Assembly: GCA_038496445.1 (NCBI GenBank) | Contig: JALMLS010000076.1 | Coordinates: 1-64,000, forward strand | DNA: 64,000 bases | Direction: 5' to 3' | DNA from: Trichosphaerium sp. ATCC 40318 | Taxonomy: Eukaryota; Protista; Tubulinea | In this document: positions 51,349-64,000 of the stretch, piece after piece | How the letters are laid out: every line of letters begins with the position of its first letter | Position numbering within the stretch: the stretch's first letter is position 1 | The notes under the pieces: generated by a model | The model's input: only the letters and a program-made list of their open reading frames with translations | Told to the model about the DNA's origin: nothing | Database searches by the model: none | Position numbers and translations under genes: made by a program

Positions 51349-52073
51349 TTAGTACATTAAATCTTCCTCATCCTTCCACTCTTTATAAGCCATGACTGTT
51401 TTAAGAAATAAATCATCTATGCATCTATTTGTCTTTGCAGAAACCTCAAAGTAAGGTAAATTCTTCTTATCAGCTAAGAACTTCGCCTTTTGTTGTGATA
51501 TTGTAGGTTCATCTTTTGTTACAAGATCCATTTTGTTACCAACGATTATATAAGGTACTCCTTTTCTTGCATATCTTTCACTGGAGGAATACCATGATGA
51601 TATATGCTCGAAAGACTCTGGCTCTGTTACATCGTATACAAGTATAATAGCACTAGCACCTCGATAGAAGCTAGATGTCATAGAACTAAATTTTTCTTGA
51701 CCTAAAAATCCGTTTTGTTTAGAGTTCGATAGTGCTGTACTGTGTAAAAAAATAATAAACGTACCGGCAGTATCGTAAATACGCAGTTTAAAAGTTGATT
51801 CGTCGTGTTGTAGCGTTTTCTCTTTCTAAACTTGCGGTTAGGTACGAAACTGTTTGTCGTGCGTACAAAGTCTACTCCTAGAGTTACTGGAGCAGTACTG
51901 AACGTTTGGTCGACATAACGAACTAGTATTGAGCTTTTGCCCACGCCACTATCGCCAATGATTAATATTTTGCACAGATAGTCAGCGTTCTCAAGGCTTT
52001 GATTCAAAGATGGGTTGGCAATTACAATAGGAGAATCACGCCGTCTGGGAGATCCATGCGAACAATTGCCCAT
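51349..52073 (-). CDS. Rab-family GTPase (Rab1-like), N-acylation type
   Basis: GDSGVGKS; TLGVDF; DTAGQEKF; FYRGA; GNKMD; EVSAK. N-terminus MGNC; no C-terminal Cys. Confidence 0.9.
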
Positions 52074-52224
52074 CCAAAAGTAAGATTCGTACTGTGTTTT
52101 TTGTTAACTGAACAATACTTGATGATCGAACGATATTACGTACATGTGGTAGTGCAATAACACTGCGCTAGGTTGGTTAAGCCGTTGATTTAGGTTGAAA
52201 CAGCAAATTGACGTTACACCTTTA

Positions 52225-53307
52225 ATGGCCGCGTCACTACCCGAAAATAAATCTTTAGGCGTATGCCATATATCAAGCATACCACCAGAGGTAGTAGAGC
52301 ACATTTTTTTATTATTGGATCACAGAAGCGTATACCAAGCGCTGTACGCATTGAGTTTAGTTTCTAAACAGTTCTACGGTATAATTGAGCGTACACCACC
52401 TTTTCAGAAGAAAGTCATCACTACCTACCTCAGTACTTCGCGTCTCGTTACTCTACAGTACGTCAACTGTCTAATGCTACATTCTGACTTTGATGAAAGA
52501 CATTTTATTGATTGGGTTGGTATTATGCGTCGAAAGCTCCACCAACACTCTGACCATGCGTGGCACGTCAAATACTGCTTGCGTGCGAACTTTGACATTC
52601 GTTGCGAGTTTCACTTACGTGAAATCTGGCGAGTACAGCTAAAACCAGAGTCGGGATCTCAGTGCCTATCTTCTATGCTCACAGAGGTACTGCGAAATAT
52701 GACGTAAAATTTAACCGATTTCCCTCGTAGGCTTGCGCGCACGATAGAAGTTGGTTTGTAACACAGCTGGTAGCAGTGAACAGAACCATTCTCGCTCGCT
52801 TCTTACCTCACGGGGTTACAGTAAGTGGAATTTATCACGTTTTTTTTGACATAACTTCTTTAACCAGATACTCCACATGTGCGCATACTGGGGATCTTGT
52901 AATATGGCTAAGGAATGCTTAAGGTGAATAAATTACCTTGGTTTTATCTACACTAACAACGTCAATAGACTTGGCGCTCAAGTGGACCGATTATCATCTG
53001 AATACAAGCAAACAGCGCTTCATATTGCTGTACAAAGAAGTACTTTGTCCCTCAAATCCAATGTCCCAATCTAACACGTGATATTTACAGCACACTTAAA
53101 CGTTGCACGGTTGCTAATAGAGAACAAGGCGGACATTAATGCTAGGGACAAAGGTATAAGTGTAACGCTAACAGTTCTCTTTTTTAATTTCGGAATCTAG
53201 ATCGTATCTCAGTGTCGCGTATGTTACAGAGTTATCATTTTAGGTTTCAAACAGATGAGGAAAAAGAGGATTATGACGCTTTTTTCACAAAGTATTTTTC
53301 AGAGTAA
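52225..53307 (+). CDS. F-box + ankyrin-repeat protein
   Basis: ISSIPPEVVEHIFLLLD; TALHIAVQR..HLNVARLLIENKADINARDK. Confidence 0.75.
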
Positions 53308-53485
53308 ACTTGTCATACTACTGTCAAGGAGCTACCGAACAACTAAACAATAAATCACTAGTGATTGATATGAATTCGTTGACACATGTCCATTACTAAT
53401 ACGTATTATCTTCCCAACATGAATTCGTGATAGCCTTAAACATTTGCTTCTTAAGTTATTGTTAGAAAAACACAACAACATCAAC

Positions 53486-54750
53486 ATGACTTGCCGCGTA
53501 TCGAACCTTACACTTAAATCTAGCAATCTAAAAGCGTCTGTTGACTATTACACCAAGTATTTGGGCTTCAAGGTTGTTTCAGATGTAGAAGGAAAACAAA
53601 CAAGCTTATCATTTGGTCCTGTTGCTACCCACGCTACTTTGACGCTCGTACAGGCAGGAAAAGACTACGAGATTGGAAAAGGTACAGGAGAAATTATGTC
53701 AACGTACTGACAAGACCCACAGCCTATGGACACATCGCTCTCATCTCCAGAGACATTTACAAGACATGTGAACAAATTACTGCGTCTGGAGGCAATGTAC
53801 GCTTAAAAATTTCTTCGCACTGCGTCACAAACCACTGTTTTACACTCTGATTGCTTTTGATTGTATATAATTAATTGTAAACTCAGGTATCCCGTCCTCC
53901 TGGCCCTGTAAAAGGAGGAACAACTGTAATTGCTTTCGTCTCTGATCCAGATGGCTATAAAATAGGTATTATTTGGACAACATCCAACAACGTGCTTACA
54001 ACGGTTTTTACAGAGCTCATCTCTCGTGACGATACATGGAAATGTAACTTCCTACACATTATGGTCCGTATTGGCGACTTGGAAAGGTAAGATAACCAAA
54101 AACGTTTTTTCAAAATTAACTTGTTTAGAACTAAGAAATTCTACACCTCACTTGGCGCATACTCAACACGTGCGTGTATATTTCCAGTATAAATTAGCGT
54201 ACTAATTACAACTCTAGGCACTACTAAAAACGAAAAGCAAGTGGAATAATAAGAATGTTTTCGAGAGTTTTTTTTGTACTTTTTTTTGGTAACATCTCAA
54301 AAGGTACAAGTATGACCTCATGTTCTTGGGATTTGGTGAAGAAAGAGTAAGTAGTTGCGAGGAATGTGGTGACATGCTAATACTCGTACAGGATACTACA
54401 GTATTAGAATTTACTTACAACTGGGGACAAACTGAATACGACCATGGTAACACACATAAGGGCTTCACTTTTGCTTCTACAGATCTTTCCAAAACTCTTG
54501 AGGTAGTCCTTTTTATATCAATCTTTACCTCATTGTTGTTTCTAACTTTGTATCATACTTTAGACAATCAAGGGTTGCGTAAGTGATGCACCTGCCATCG
54601 CAAAAGTTGATGGCGTCTCACAGTTTACAATTACTGGTACGTTTTAAAGTAAAACAATGCAATTTCCTCTTCTTTCCGACCATACTTATACTTGTTTTAG
54701 ATCCTGATGGTTACGATATCACTTTTGTTAGCGAAGCTGATTTGAAATAA
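53486..54750 (+). CDS. Two-domain glyoxalase / lactoylglutathione lyase-like (VOC) protein
   Basis: [13 protein letters not shown]; AYGHIAL; [24 protein letters not shown]; LEFTYNWG; DPDGY. Confidence 0.88.
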
Positions 54751-54934
54751 ACTAAATGAGTAATGTCTGAAAAGACATTTTTTCGAACAAATGAAATAAT
54801 CACGTGTTTTAATAAACAATTTTCAAAAGTAAATAAGTTTATTTTGGTTGTCTTGTAAGGAACTCTCATTCTAGCCTAGCTTGATGCGTGAACAATGCAG
54901 TTGAGATACCATTCGTTGCTTAGAAACAGCAGTT

Positions 54935-56458
54935 TTATGACGCTTTCAAGCAAGCATCAATATCTTTTAGAGCTTTCAATCCTTTCTCATGTATGCTTAT
55001 GAAATTGGGTGCCTCTTTATCATCTTCTAGAAGTGGAAAGTCTGGGTTAATCCTCACAACAGTGATTTGATTTTGTGCTACTTTGGTAAAATACTTTTTG
55101 GTCTCTCTCCTTACAGTGGTAACCTAGCGCTAGTTTAGTCCTTACCTTTATATGTAAGAATTACCTTGTCACCAGCGCCAATCTCCAACAGTACGAGCTT
55201 TGTATCTGAATTGTTCTTTAAATGAGTCAACACTGTTGATTCCCAACCAATGTAGTTATGCAATTGTGCTAAATCGCATATCCAGCCTCTATCCTCGAAC
55301 AGTAACACTCTGTTAAACTGTTATGTTAACAACTTAATAAAACGAACGTACTGAGGGCGAGCAAATTCGCCACACTTTGGACAACGAGGTACAGGAGTTT
55401 CGAAACCAGTTGTTAATTCTTCTAATGGGATTGTATCGTCAGTCCCTGATGCTAACATTGTGTCTGTATCAACCTATACTATTGTTATCATAACACCATG
55501 GCGCTTGGTTATATTACCTTAAATCTGTAGTCTCGAGGTGCGCTCCAAATCTCTTGGTGACAGGGTTTGTGGCAATGCCAAGTGAACATGTTCCTAGGTC
55601 AGTAAGAATCAAAACATTTCCTTGCAAATACCCGTGAATCTGATGTATTGATTCTTTTGGTACACCACATCTCTCGTGATATCCATCGACCTAAATGCAT
55701 TATATAACCTCAAATGAGAAGGGCACATACGTTACTGGTATAAAAAAAGTAAGCTCCTGGTGATTTAGAAGCGTCTTCTGGTGTCCATATTGTTGGCTTT
55801 CTATACTTTCCTGCTTGCGTCATAATCTCTATGGCTTTCTCTCTGTTCTTAACCAAAGCTTCTGACATGCCTTTAGGCATATCACTAAAGTATTCAGTTG
55901 CCCAGTCTCTCAACAATGAGTAGCCTTCATGGGGCGACTTGATGCAAAACTCTGCAACTTCGTTACACAAATGTCATGCAATCACGTGCCATTAAACATG
56001 TTTCCCCTACACAAATGACATTAATGCGTAACTGGCACGATGACAAAGAGTTATACCAAAAGCCAGTGGCGAACGCTGGGTCTTCTTTAAGCCTTCAGAG
56101 TTAAGTCAATTTTATACCACTGTAACCACAGTGAAGTGTAGTAAGAACGCACCAATGTTCTCGCGCTAATGCAGAGTATGTTATACCTTTATTTATGTAC
56201 GCTGGGACTTTAGCTACATCTGTAAATACTGCCAAACCAGAATCTGCTGACATTCCAGCGCCAGTGCATACTATAACTGTACAATATTAACCGTTATTCG
56301 TTATTTAACGCGAAAAGCTGGAAAACACATGTCAGGTGCTTGGACGTGCGTATATCAGCGTCTTTAATCGCTTTTGCTGCTCGAGAACAATTGTTTCCAT
56401 AGCTTGCTGCTAGGCTTTTAGCTTGTTCTTCTGTTGGCTTGTTAATAATTCCACCCAT
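54935..56458 (-). CDS. NAD-dependent sirtuin (SIR2 family)
   Basis: TGAGMSADSGL; YTSNVDG; IHG followed by CxxxC...CPKC; RP.VLLFED; LEIGAG; RINP. Confidence 0.9.
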
Positions 56459-56991
56459 GGTAAACAATGTATTGTAAAGACAATTTTTCAACCGAAGTCT
56501 CATTAGGCGAATGTGACTGAACAAAACATAGAACATACCATGGATTTGAGTGAAATACCGGCTCTTGTATTGTAGCGCTAAGTGAGTTTAGGAAAGCAAC
56601 CCAATTAGTAGAAAGCACGTGGTGTTCCGCAAGTAACCATGCCAAGTGCTCCATGCATCTATGGATAGCGCTCATAATCTACCAAGTTAACTGTGCTCAC
56701 AAGCCATGTCTTTACAAACTTGATACTAATGGTTAATGTTAAACATTAAGGTTGCGCAACAGTAAAAAGACAGCTCATCCCAAAATAGTTTCGGTAATTC
56801 ACTGTTGGTGATAACGAGATTTAAGTTGCTAGCCTATGCCAGCTCTGGACGCCACTATTGCAAGGATGGAAGTACATGAGATTTCTATCCGGCGTGGTGA
56901 TCCAGCTCTAACTTTGGCAACTACAAAAATGTCGTTTGCACTGAGATTTCATACATTGTTGCAATTACTCCGTTTATTTGCACCTTGCGAA

Positions 56992-57633
56992 ATGAACACC
57001 ATCATTGCGCTTTGCGTACTTGTTTGTATTAGTAGTGTACTTGCTAGACGCCCAAACCCTCCAGAAGATTTCTACGTGCAAGCAAACTACTCCAAGATTG
57101 CAGACAACAAGACAATTGAAAATTTCGAAGACATTTTTTACAACTTTCCATCAATACAACGATTCGCTCATTACAGTCCGACAGCTACTTATACAGGCGT
57201 AGAGGTGCGCGATGGTATTAAAGGAAACTACTTCTCGTCGTATATTGGAGAATGTATGATTTCTTGCTATGAACACGCACCACAAGGCTGGTTAAACTGT
57301 GATTTCAACATTGAGACATTTTGGACTGGTTTAGATTCTTTTCTCTTTACACACAAAACAGGCGATTGCGGCTATGGTCACACAGGTGAATTGTGGGTAT
57401 ACAGCATACCCCTTACGTACAGAAAAATAGAATACTGCTTTCAAGGCGACAAACCCATTTATGTCTCCTTCTATGCTGATCTTGCGCTGGACAACAAACT
57501 GCACCACTTGTACATTTTCGATAAATTTGTACCTGGTGTATCTTTACAAAATGATCCACTATGGAATGTACCCGAAGAGTGTAAAAAGGATGTAGTCCCT
57601 CCACCAAGCTCCAGTAACATTACAATAAACTAG
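56992..57633 (+). CDS. Intronless secreted ependymin-related (EPDR/LolA-fold-like) protein
   Basis: Signal peptide; RPNPPEDF start; C-terminal FDKFVPG...DPLWNVPEEC. Confidence 0.5.
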   Translation: MNTIIALCVLVCISSVLARRPNPPEDFYVQANYSKIADNKTIENFEDIFYNFPSIQRFAHYSPTATYTGVEVRDGIKGNYFSSYIGECMISCYEHAPQGWLNCDFNIETFWTGLDSFLFTHKTGDCGYGHTGELWVYSIPLTYRKIEYCFQGDKPIYVSFYADLALDNKLHHLYIFDKFVPGVSLQNDPLWNVPEECKKDVVPPPSSSNITIN

Positions 57634-57860
57634 CTATCATTTGTTTTTCAACATGTCAAAATATAGATTGCATAAGTTTACAAGCTTACACAAAGAGTAG
57701 TGAAGAGTACTTCCTTGCGCCTGTATATTTTCTACGCCTTGAAATTCCATGAAGTCGCCATGAAAAGGAACTACATGTCTTTTTTCTTTGAAATTCAACG
57801 TAGTTTTTTTTGTTGCACAAAGTCACTTCAAAATAGCTAAATTTAAATAAGAGCAGCGTG

Positions 57861-59775
57861 ATGTCGAGTGATTACGTACCACCGAAGTATACAGTCGAAA
57901 AGGATTCTGAGGGATACGTTAAGAGCTTTTCTTTGGATCAACCAACCGAAATTAAGCAAGTGCGTTTAAAATAGGCGAAATGGGTACCATACGCGTCGAG
58001 CTTACCGTGAGCGTAGTTTTTTGATAAATACGGCTTTGTCGTTATAAATAGTGTATTTACACCAAAAGAATGTGAAGACACAATTGACGATATTTGGGAC
58101 TTGATACAGACCATGGTAAGCAGGCTAAACGTTTTAGCATACAAGAGCGTATAATCTAAACTGCGTACCAGCTTCGGACACCAATTGACCGCAATGATCC
58201 TCTGACATGGGTACAAAATAATTCATTTCACAGCTTCTTGACAATGTCTAGAAAAATGACCTCTGGCGCCGAACTGGTATTTATAGCGAGGTAAGCTAGT
58301 CATTTGTAATGAAAGATTGTAAGGCGACTTCTAACCGCTTATGAAGGGTATGATTGGTGGTACATCATGGTTTACAAAGAACGCAATGAAGAATAGACAA
58401 AATCCAAGACTTTACGAAGGTTAACTTATAAGTCATTTAACTCTTTTAAAACCATTCAACAGTACCTCTACGTATTCCTGACTATCTTTCTAGCCTTTAA
58501 AACTGTGTTTGGAAGACCTGATCTCATTGTCAACCATGACAGGTGCCAAAGTCTAGAAGAAAAACAAGGAAAATCACTAACTTTTCTGAAAGGTACGGTA
58601 TGTTTCGACCAACTGTAATGAAGCTTGCGGATGGTAAAAAAAGCAACTATCAGAATATCGTACAGAAGAAAATCTTCACCTTGACATGTACGCTACCTTT
58701 TCCAACCACGCTTTTTTTGTGATACAATTTTCCTGCAAAACTAACAAAAAATAACGTACTTACCACACTCGCATTTTGGTTGGCATTGCAGTACCAAATA
58801 AAAAAGTTTGTAACCTTACCAGGTGCATAAATCGTTACTAAAATATTTGTAGGAATGCTTGGCATTATTGCGAATCAAAGGATTTAACAGAAACCCACAC
58901 AGGTTCGTAAGAAAGAATGTTCTTTTATTATTTTTTTGATAATTTTCAACTGGAAAAAATGTTTGTTTATTCTGTTTTCGCAGTATTGGACTCATTTAGA
59001 TACGTTGCTGGGTTCGAATGGATAGGTGAAAACAACGTACACAATTTGATTCAATACAATACGCTTATAGTTTTCGTAGCAACCTGGAATTTTGCACCCA
59101 GACTACTTTCAATTAAATGTTCAGGGACTTGTGAATTTAGCAGACAATAAAGACAACGATGGTGGCTTTCATATCGTACCAGGTATTTCCAACCTGCTAT
59201 TCTTATATTCTTTGTATTCTTTACTAAGTAATTTGTACTATAAGGCTTTGCAAACCATTTTAAAGAATGGACTGATAATCGCCAAAATCTTAGAGAAAAA
59301 TATGGCATTCGTCAAACCTTTTGTGTCCTTCCATCACAAGAACCAATACAAAGACATACGATGAGAGTGACAGCACGGTACGGAAGTCATTTATGTACGT
59401 CAGACATACTCATTTGTATTAGAGCTGGATCAGCCATCCTTTGGGATCAGAGAACGTATGCTTTCACATTTTCGAAATATTTTTTCTTATAGTTCCCTAG
59501 CGCTCATGGCTCATCACCAAATCACTCTTGCAATGCAAGATACGCTCAGTTCTTTAAAATGTTTGTTTCTCCACCCCTTGAATCTGAACGCATGAAAGCA
59601 CGAGCAGTGTACGTGACTCAATTTACATTCTAATTTTTTACGGAATCTTAACGTATGCCTTAGAGCCTTACGCAAGAAAATGATAAAAGCCAAATTAGAT
59701 AAACTTAGTCCTCTTGGTGAGAGACTATTTGGTTTCAAACCATACCCAGAACAAGAGGAGATAGCAAAGCAATAA
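57861..59775 (+). CDS. Phytanoyl-CoA dioxygenase (PhyH)-like 2OG-Fe(II) oxygenase
   Basis: FFDKYGFVVI; DRYGMFRP; NLHLD; VQGLVNLADN...GGFHIVPG; AGSAILWDQR.AHGSSPN. Confidence 0.85.
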
Positions 59776-59928
59776 ACTGAAATTTTGTTTATTTTTTTAA
59801 GTTTTCTTTATTTGTCACCAAGTATTTACAATTGTTTGTGGCGTTTAAGTATCGGGGAAAAAATATGTTTTAGTAACGTATCACAAGCCAACATCATCGG
59901 AAACTCTCTTAACGGAAGGCAAGTTTTG

Positions 59929-60609
59929 TTATTTACTTCTTTTTGATGATAAATACACCTTTGAATGTACTCTGTTTGTAATGTAGTCTATGTCCATGTG
60001 TTTGTCGATATTACGTTCAATACCATCGCTTTCTACTATTGTGATATCCGCAATAGGCTCTTTAGGTTGTCCACGTGGATAATCATGACATGGGGAAGTC
60101 GAAAAACGCTCCCCAGAAAATTTTATTTCGTTTGTCTGTGCGTTCTGCCTGTACTTAGACCGAGCGTGTTGTAGTTGGTAACGGCGCTTGATTTGGCGTC
60201 TATGTACTCTACAGGTACTCTCTAGTAGAAAAGAGTGGTACTGAAACCTTTGAGCTGTACTTTTGCCTTTATGATGTTTAAATGGCGAGCACTTGAACTT
60301 GAAGATGCAGTCCTTATATTCCATTGCCTGTAAAAGTTTAACCAAGTATGTACACTCGAATGCGGTAAAACTAATCCCGAAAGACATGTGATACAAATAA
60401 AGCAAATAAGGCTTATCACGTGGAATGAAAGGATAGGGGAATAAACAACGGTAAAGAGTTTGTATGTGGTTAAAATGCACACTACAGATTTTTAAGCCTC
60501 GGGCTGTTACTCCCGAAGAGCATTGGGTGTCTATCATACACGGGTTTATCCAGTACGTTCTGTTGGTGCGCCTTATGGAATTTTCCATTAAAGCAAGCCT
60601 TCGCGACAT
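59929..60609 (-). CDS. Hypothetical protein
   Basis: 226-aa ATG-initiated ORF with no recognised motif. Confidence 0.35.
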   Translation of the reverse strand: MSRRLALMENSIRRTNRTYWINPCMIDTQCSSGVTARGLKICSVHFNHIQTLYRCLFPYPFIPRDKPYLLYLYHMSFGISFTAFECTYLVKLLQAMEYKDCIFKFKCSPFKHHKGKSTAQRFQYHSFLLESTCRVHRRQIKRRYQLQHARSKYRQNAQTNEIKFSGERFSTSPCHDYPRGQPKEPIADITIVESDGIERNIDKHMDIDYITNRVHSKVYLSSKRSK

Positions 60610-61310
60610 TCATATCATCTTAAAGTGACAAGGTTACAAGTGACTTGACACTGTAACGCGGGGTTTTACAGCAAATAAAAAAACTATTTGCCCGTGGTTT
60701 TGCCTGCCACTAAAATGTTGGGTCTTTATTCTCATCGATCCAGTACTGCTTAGAGTATTAAGAGGTAGCGACTTTGGGTTCAATTCATAAAAACTACACG
60801 GTTTTTTTGTCCGTTTTTCCTCCTGTCACGTGGATTTGCTGTAGTTTTCTAAAACCCTGTGTGGTATTTTCACACTGACGTTTCTACAATAAATTGAAAG
60901 TAGCGTCAAAGACACAATGTTTAATGTGTACGAGAAGCACTATGTACATTTTGGCACAACACCGCATTTTCATACTGAATTTCTCACCGTTTCGTACCCC
61001 GTGCCCACAGCAAGCTCGTCAAATTTTACGGTGGCGCAGCCTCTGTTAAGCATTGCGGAACCACGCAGGTAAAACCAACTATGGGAGGCGCAATCGTTTG
61101 GAACTACTTTTTTTTACCTTGTTTACATGTAAACACCTGAATGTCCACAATTTACTTCATTGTATCCAAAAGTACGCTACCATAATCATTCAGGATGCCA
61201 CAAAGTAACTCAGAGGGCTTTTTTCTTGGTATTCAGAATGCTAAACGCATTACGTGAAGAACACAAGACCAACTTATTTCTCAACTTATTTTGAGCATAT
61301 TTCTCTACAA

Positions 61311-62511
61311 ATGGCAAAGCGCAAGAGGGTTGAAATCGAATATGAAGGTAAACAACGCTCCATTCACAAGTTTCTAACCCAATAGCGCCCGAAGGGTGGG
61401 AAAAGACGTATGATTTAATTGATGCGCACAGGAAAACGCTAACAGCGCCTGTGGACATCTACGGGTGTGCTAGCTTTGCAGATCCAAACATACCAGCGAA
61501 AGTACGCTCTATAATTTATTATACGCAATTATGAGCGTATTGGAACTTAAATTTGAACATTTGTGCCGTTCAGAATGGTTGGCGATATTTCTGACAAATT
61601 AATAGGAGCAACGCTATCGCATGATGACAAGCACAATGTTGGGGTCACAAACAAACGATAAAACGTCTTCAGAGGGTATAGTAACCCATTTTTACAAAAA
61701 TAACGCATATAGCCGTGCATGCGCTTATTGAGCACGGATTGACGCCAGAAAACATAGTGGCAACGAGTTTAGAGGACTTGAAAGCAATAATAGCAAAGGT
61801 GTTTCACTGAAAGCTGTCTCTAGAACCATGTATTAACGGTTTTGTTTAGATTCGATTTTGTGATAAAAAAGCTCAGGCAAGCGCGACTTTTTTATTGATA
61901 ACGTTAACTTTTATGTAATAAAGGCTATGAAAAAAACTGCAAAGATTCTTGTTGATAAATATCATGGTAGGTACTTTAGTATCATTGAGCTGGTTTAAAC
62001 TGCGCACATTCTTACTCATTATTGTAAAAAGGCGACGTACCTAATACAGTAGCCAAACTTACAAAGTTACCTGGAGTTGGTACAAAGACAGCCATGGAGG
62101 TGATGATGGTAGGATGGGATAAGTATGTTTAAATAGCCTTTTATTCAAAAATTACTGCGGCTTATTCTGTTCTTTCAAGGCCTGCTGGTATAGCTGTGGA
62201 TACACATGTTCATCGTATATGTAACAGATTGGGTTGGTTTGATCCTGAAACACAAACTAATGACAAAACAAGAAAAGCATTAGAGTCTTGGCTTCCAAAG
62301 GAAAAATGGGGTAAAGATGGAATTTCTTGGTGTTTCCCAGGTAACGGATTCTCTTACTAAACGCTTTTATTTATTCTTCAAAGGTTTTGGACAAATGGTT
62401 TGTACTGCAAAGAACCCTTTGTGTTCCACATGTCCTGTTACTGACTTGTGCCCTTCTTCTGGTAAAATTAAGGCACCAACATCTAAAAAGCGTAAGACAG
62501 CAAAGAAATAG
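61311..62511 (+). CDS. NTH1: Endonuclease III homolog (HhH-GPD glycosylase, 4Fe-4S)
   Basis: APVDIYGC; MLGSQTND; LPGVGTKTA; [17 protein letters not shown]; GFGQMVC....P.C..C....LCP. Confidence 0.93.
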
Positions 62512-62838
62512 TTCCTGTACCTTGCAACCAGTTTAGTTATCTAAATAAACCCATTTCTGATTGTTAGATTATGGCAGTGGCAAAAAATGCGCCTTTACAT
62601 TATCATTTGGCCTTGATTTAAAATTAGCATTTCTTACGATTCTTAGCAATCCAAATCACGTGCCACCACTAACCAATCGTGCACTAGCAAGCCGGACAGG
62701 CATGAAATGTACTTGTACTTGACCGGCCAATACATACAGTGACTTTTGGAGTGTTACTTAACTAGTGTCCAATTAAGCGTTGTTTTCGTCCATTCATTGC
62801 AGAATAGCATGGTGTAGAACAAATCTTCGGTTTTCCTA

Positions 62839-64000
62839 ATGTCAGCTCGTGAATGGCATATTGTAATACTGGGCCCTCGAGGAGCCGGTAAAACATCCTT
62901 ATTGATGCGCGTACGTAAAAGAAAAAAAAATCCTTGTGTTTGCCCACTGTGCCAAAGTTGTAGTTCATTCTCAACACGTTCTCGAAGAACTACGTGCCTA
63001 CAATTGTTGAAGATGAATGGGAATCAAAATTGACGTTACACGGAAGACAGTACACTGTAGTGTTTCACGATACTCAAGGGTTTGGTAAAAATCACGTGGC
63101 GTTGTATATTTACCCTTACAAAAAAAAAAAATAGTCAAACACCTGCCAGACGCTGACATTCCTCCTAATTTACCATTCATCGATATAGATAGCGTAATAA
63201 GAAAAGGTACTTTAGTTAATTCCAGTTTAATCTAATTTACATCATTTTGAATCGGTTTGTGTATGATGGCCGTATCAAAACGAAATCGCGTCTCTCTTTA
63301 GCCAAAAAAATCAAAAAAAAACATTTTCTCTGATATTTTCGCTTATCGTTTACAGGTGATGCCTTCATAATAGTGTATGTAAAATTTTAGTGATGTTATC
63401 TTACCCATTGAGATATGACGCTTCGAGTTTACAATCATTCAATACAACAAACAGACTGGTTGATACAATAAATGTCGTGAAAAAGAATGAAGGTACTAGA
63501 CGGCATCATGGCGCTGTGTTGCTCAACGATATTTTATAGAGATTGTACCACCTATGGTTTTAGTAGCTAATAAGTGTGATACAATTTCCAGAGAAGTAAT
63601 GGAGCAAGAAGGTCGCTATCGTGCGGAAGGGTTTAAGATGCTGTTTGCAGGTAATTTTTGACTTTTTTTTCAAATTAAAATGAAACTCGTGTCTCCACCT
63701 ACACGTGTTTTTAAATGTCTCCTAAGAATTTTTTTCTGATCTTTACCCTTTGGAAACATCTGCAGAGAATGATGTTAACATACAAGGTACGTCAAGGTTG
63801 TTTTTTGAGATAAAATGGTTCAAATTGTGAAGAAATTATTTTAAGACACATTCCACGCTATTGTTGACAGAATGACAAATCCCAACCTACAAATAATATC
63901 CGATGCAAAGGTACCATCATTTAAGGATGTAATTTATACTTATAAATTATCCTACAGCTCAAAAAGAGAAAATTTTATACAATGTCAGACGAAGTGAAGC
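62839..64000 (+). CDS. Ras-family small GTPase (runs off the window end)
   Basis: IVILGPRGAGKTSLL; DTQG; DAFIIVYD; LVANKCD; ETSA. Confidence 0.8.

Noticed and set aside
63060-63160. Ras-like GTPase apparently lacking the G3 glycine
   Set aside because: Using the donor after TTT G gives DTQGFD, so DxxG is intact.
11700-64000. Numerous 60-130 aa ORFs antisense to or overlapping the host genes; prokaryotic operon reading
   Set aside because: They are shadows of spliced genes or intron read-through. GT-AG introns and eukaryote-specific genes exclude a prokaryotic origin. No tRNA or rRNA was recognised.

Overview
Eukaryotic, AT-rich, gene-dense DNA with many short (mostly ~35-100 nt) spliceosomal introns, probably from a protist (amoebozoan-like; inference only). 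The window has two compartments. (1) About 11.7-64 kb is ordinary host genes: HTATSF1, HBS1, NDUFA8, MSH6, a BCH-RhoGAP, 5-oxoprolinase, NAXD, Rab, glyoxalase, sirtuin, a PhyH-like dioxygenase, NTH1, a Ras-like GTPase, and several F-box, secreted and membrane proteins. (2) About 1-11.6 kb is a strongly CpG-depleted, mobile-element-like block. It holds a 13-exon, 1101-aa gene (6930->1438, reconstructed by hand; all intron phases consistent) with a candidate ParB/Srx-like motif. Its four long introns each carry a ~49-bp-period array of the palindrome GTTCCGAGCTCGGAAC. Also in this block: a chromo-shadow-like micro-ORF, a telomere-like patch, a TTAA-flanked Kolobok-like unit with a His-Cys box (I-PpoI-type) nuclease, and a 929-bp MITE inserted in the nuclease's 3' end. 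The best candidate for an undescribed system is the ParB-like protein together with the parS-like palindrome arrays in its own introns, which form CpG islets in otherwise CpG-free DNA. All protein assignments come from motif recognition by eye; no searches were run.
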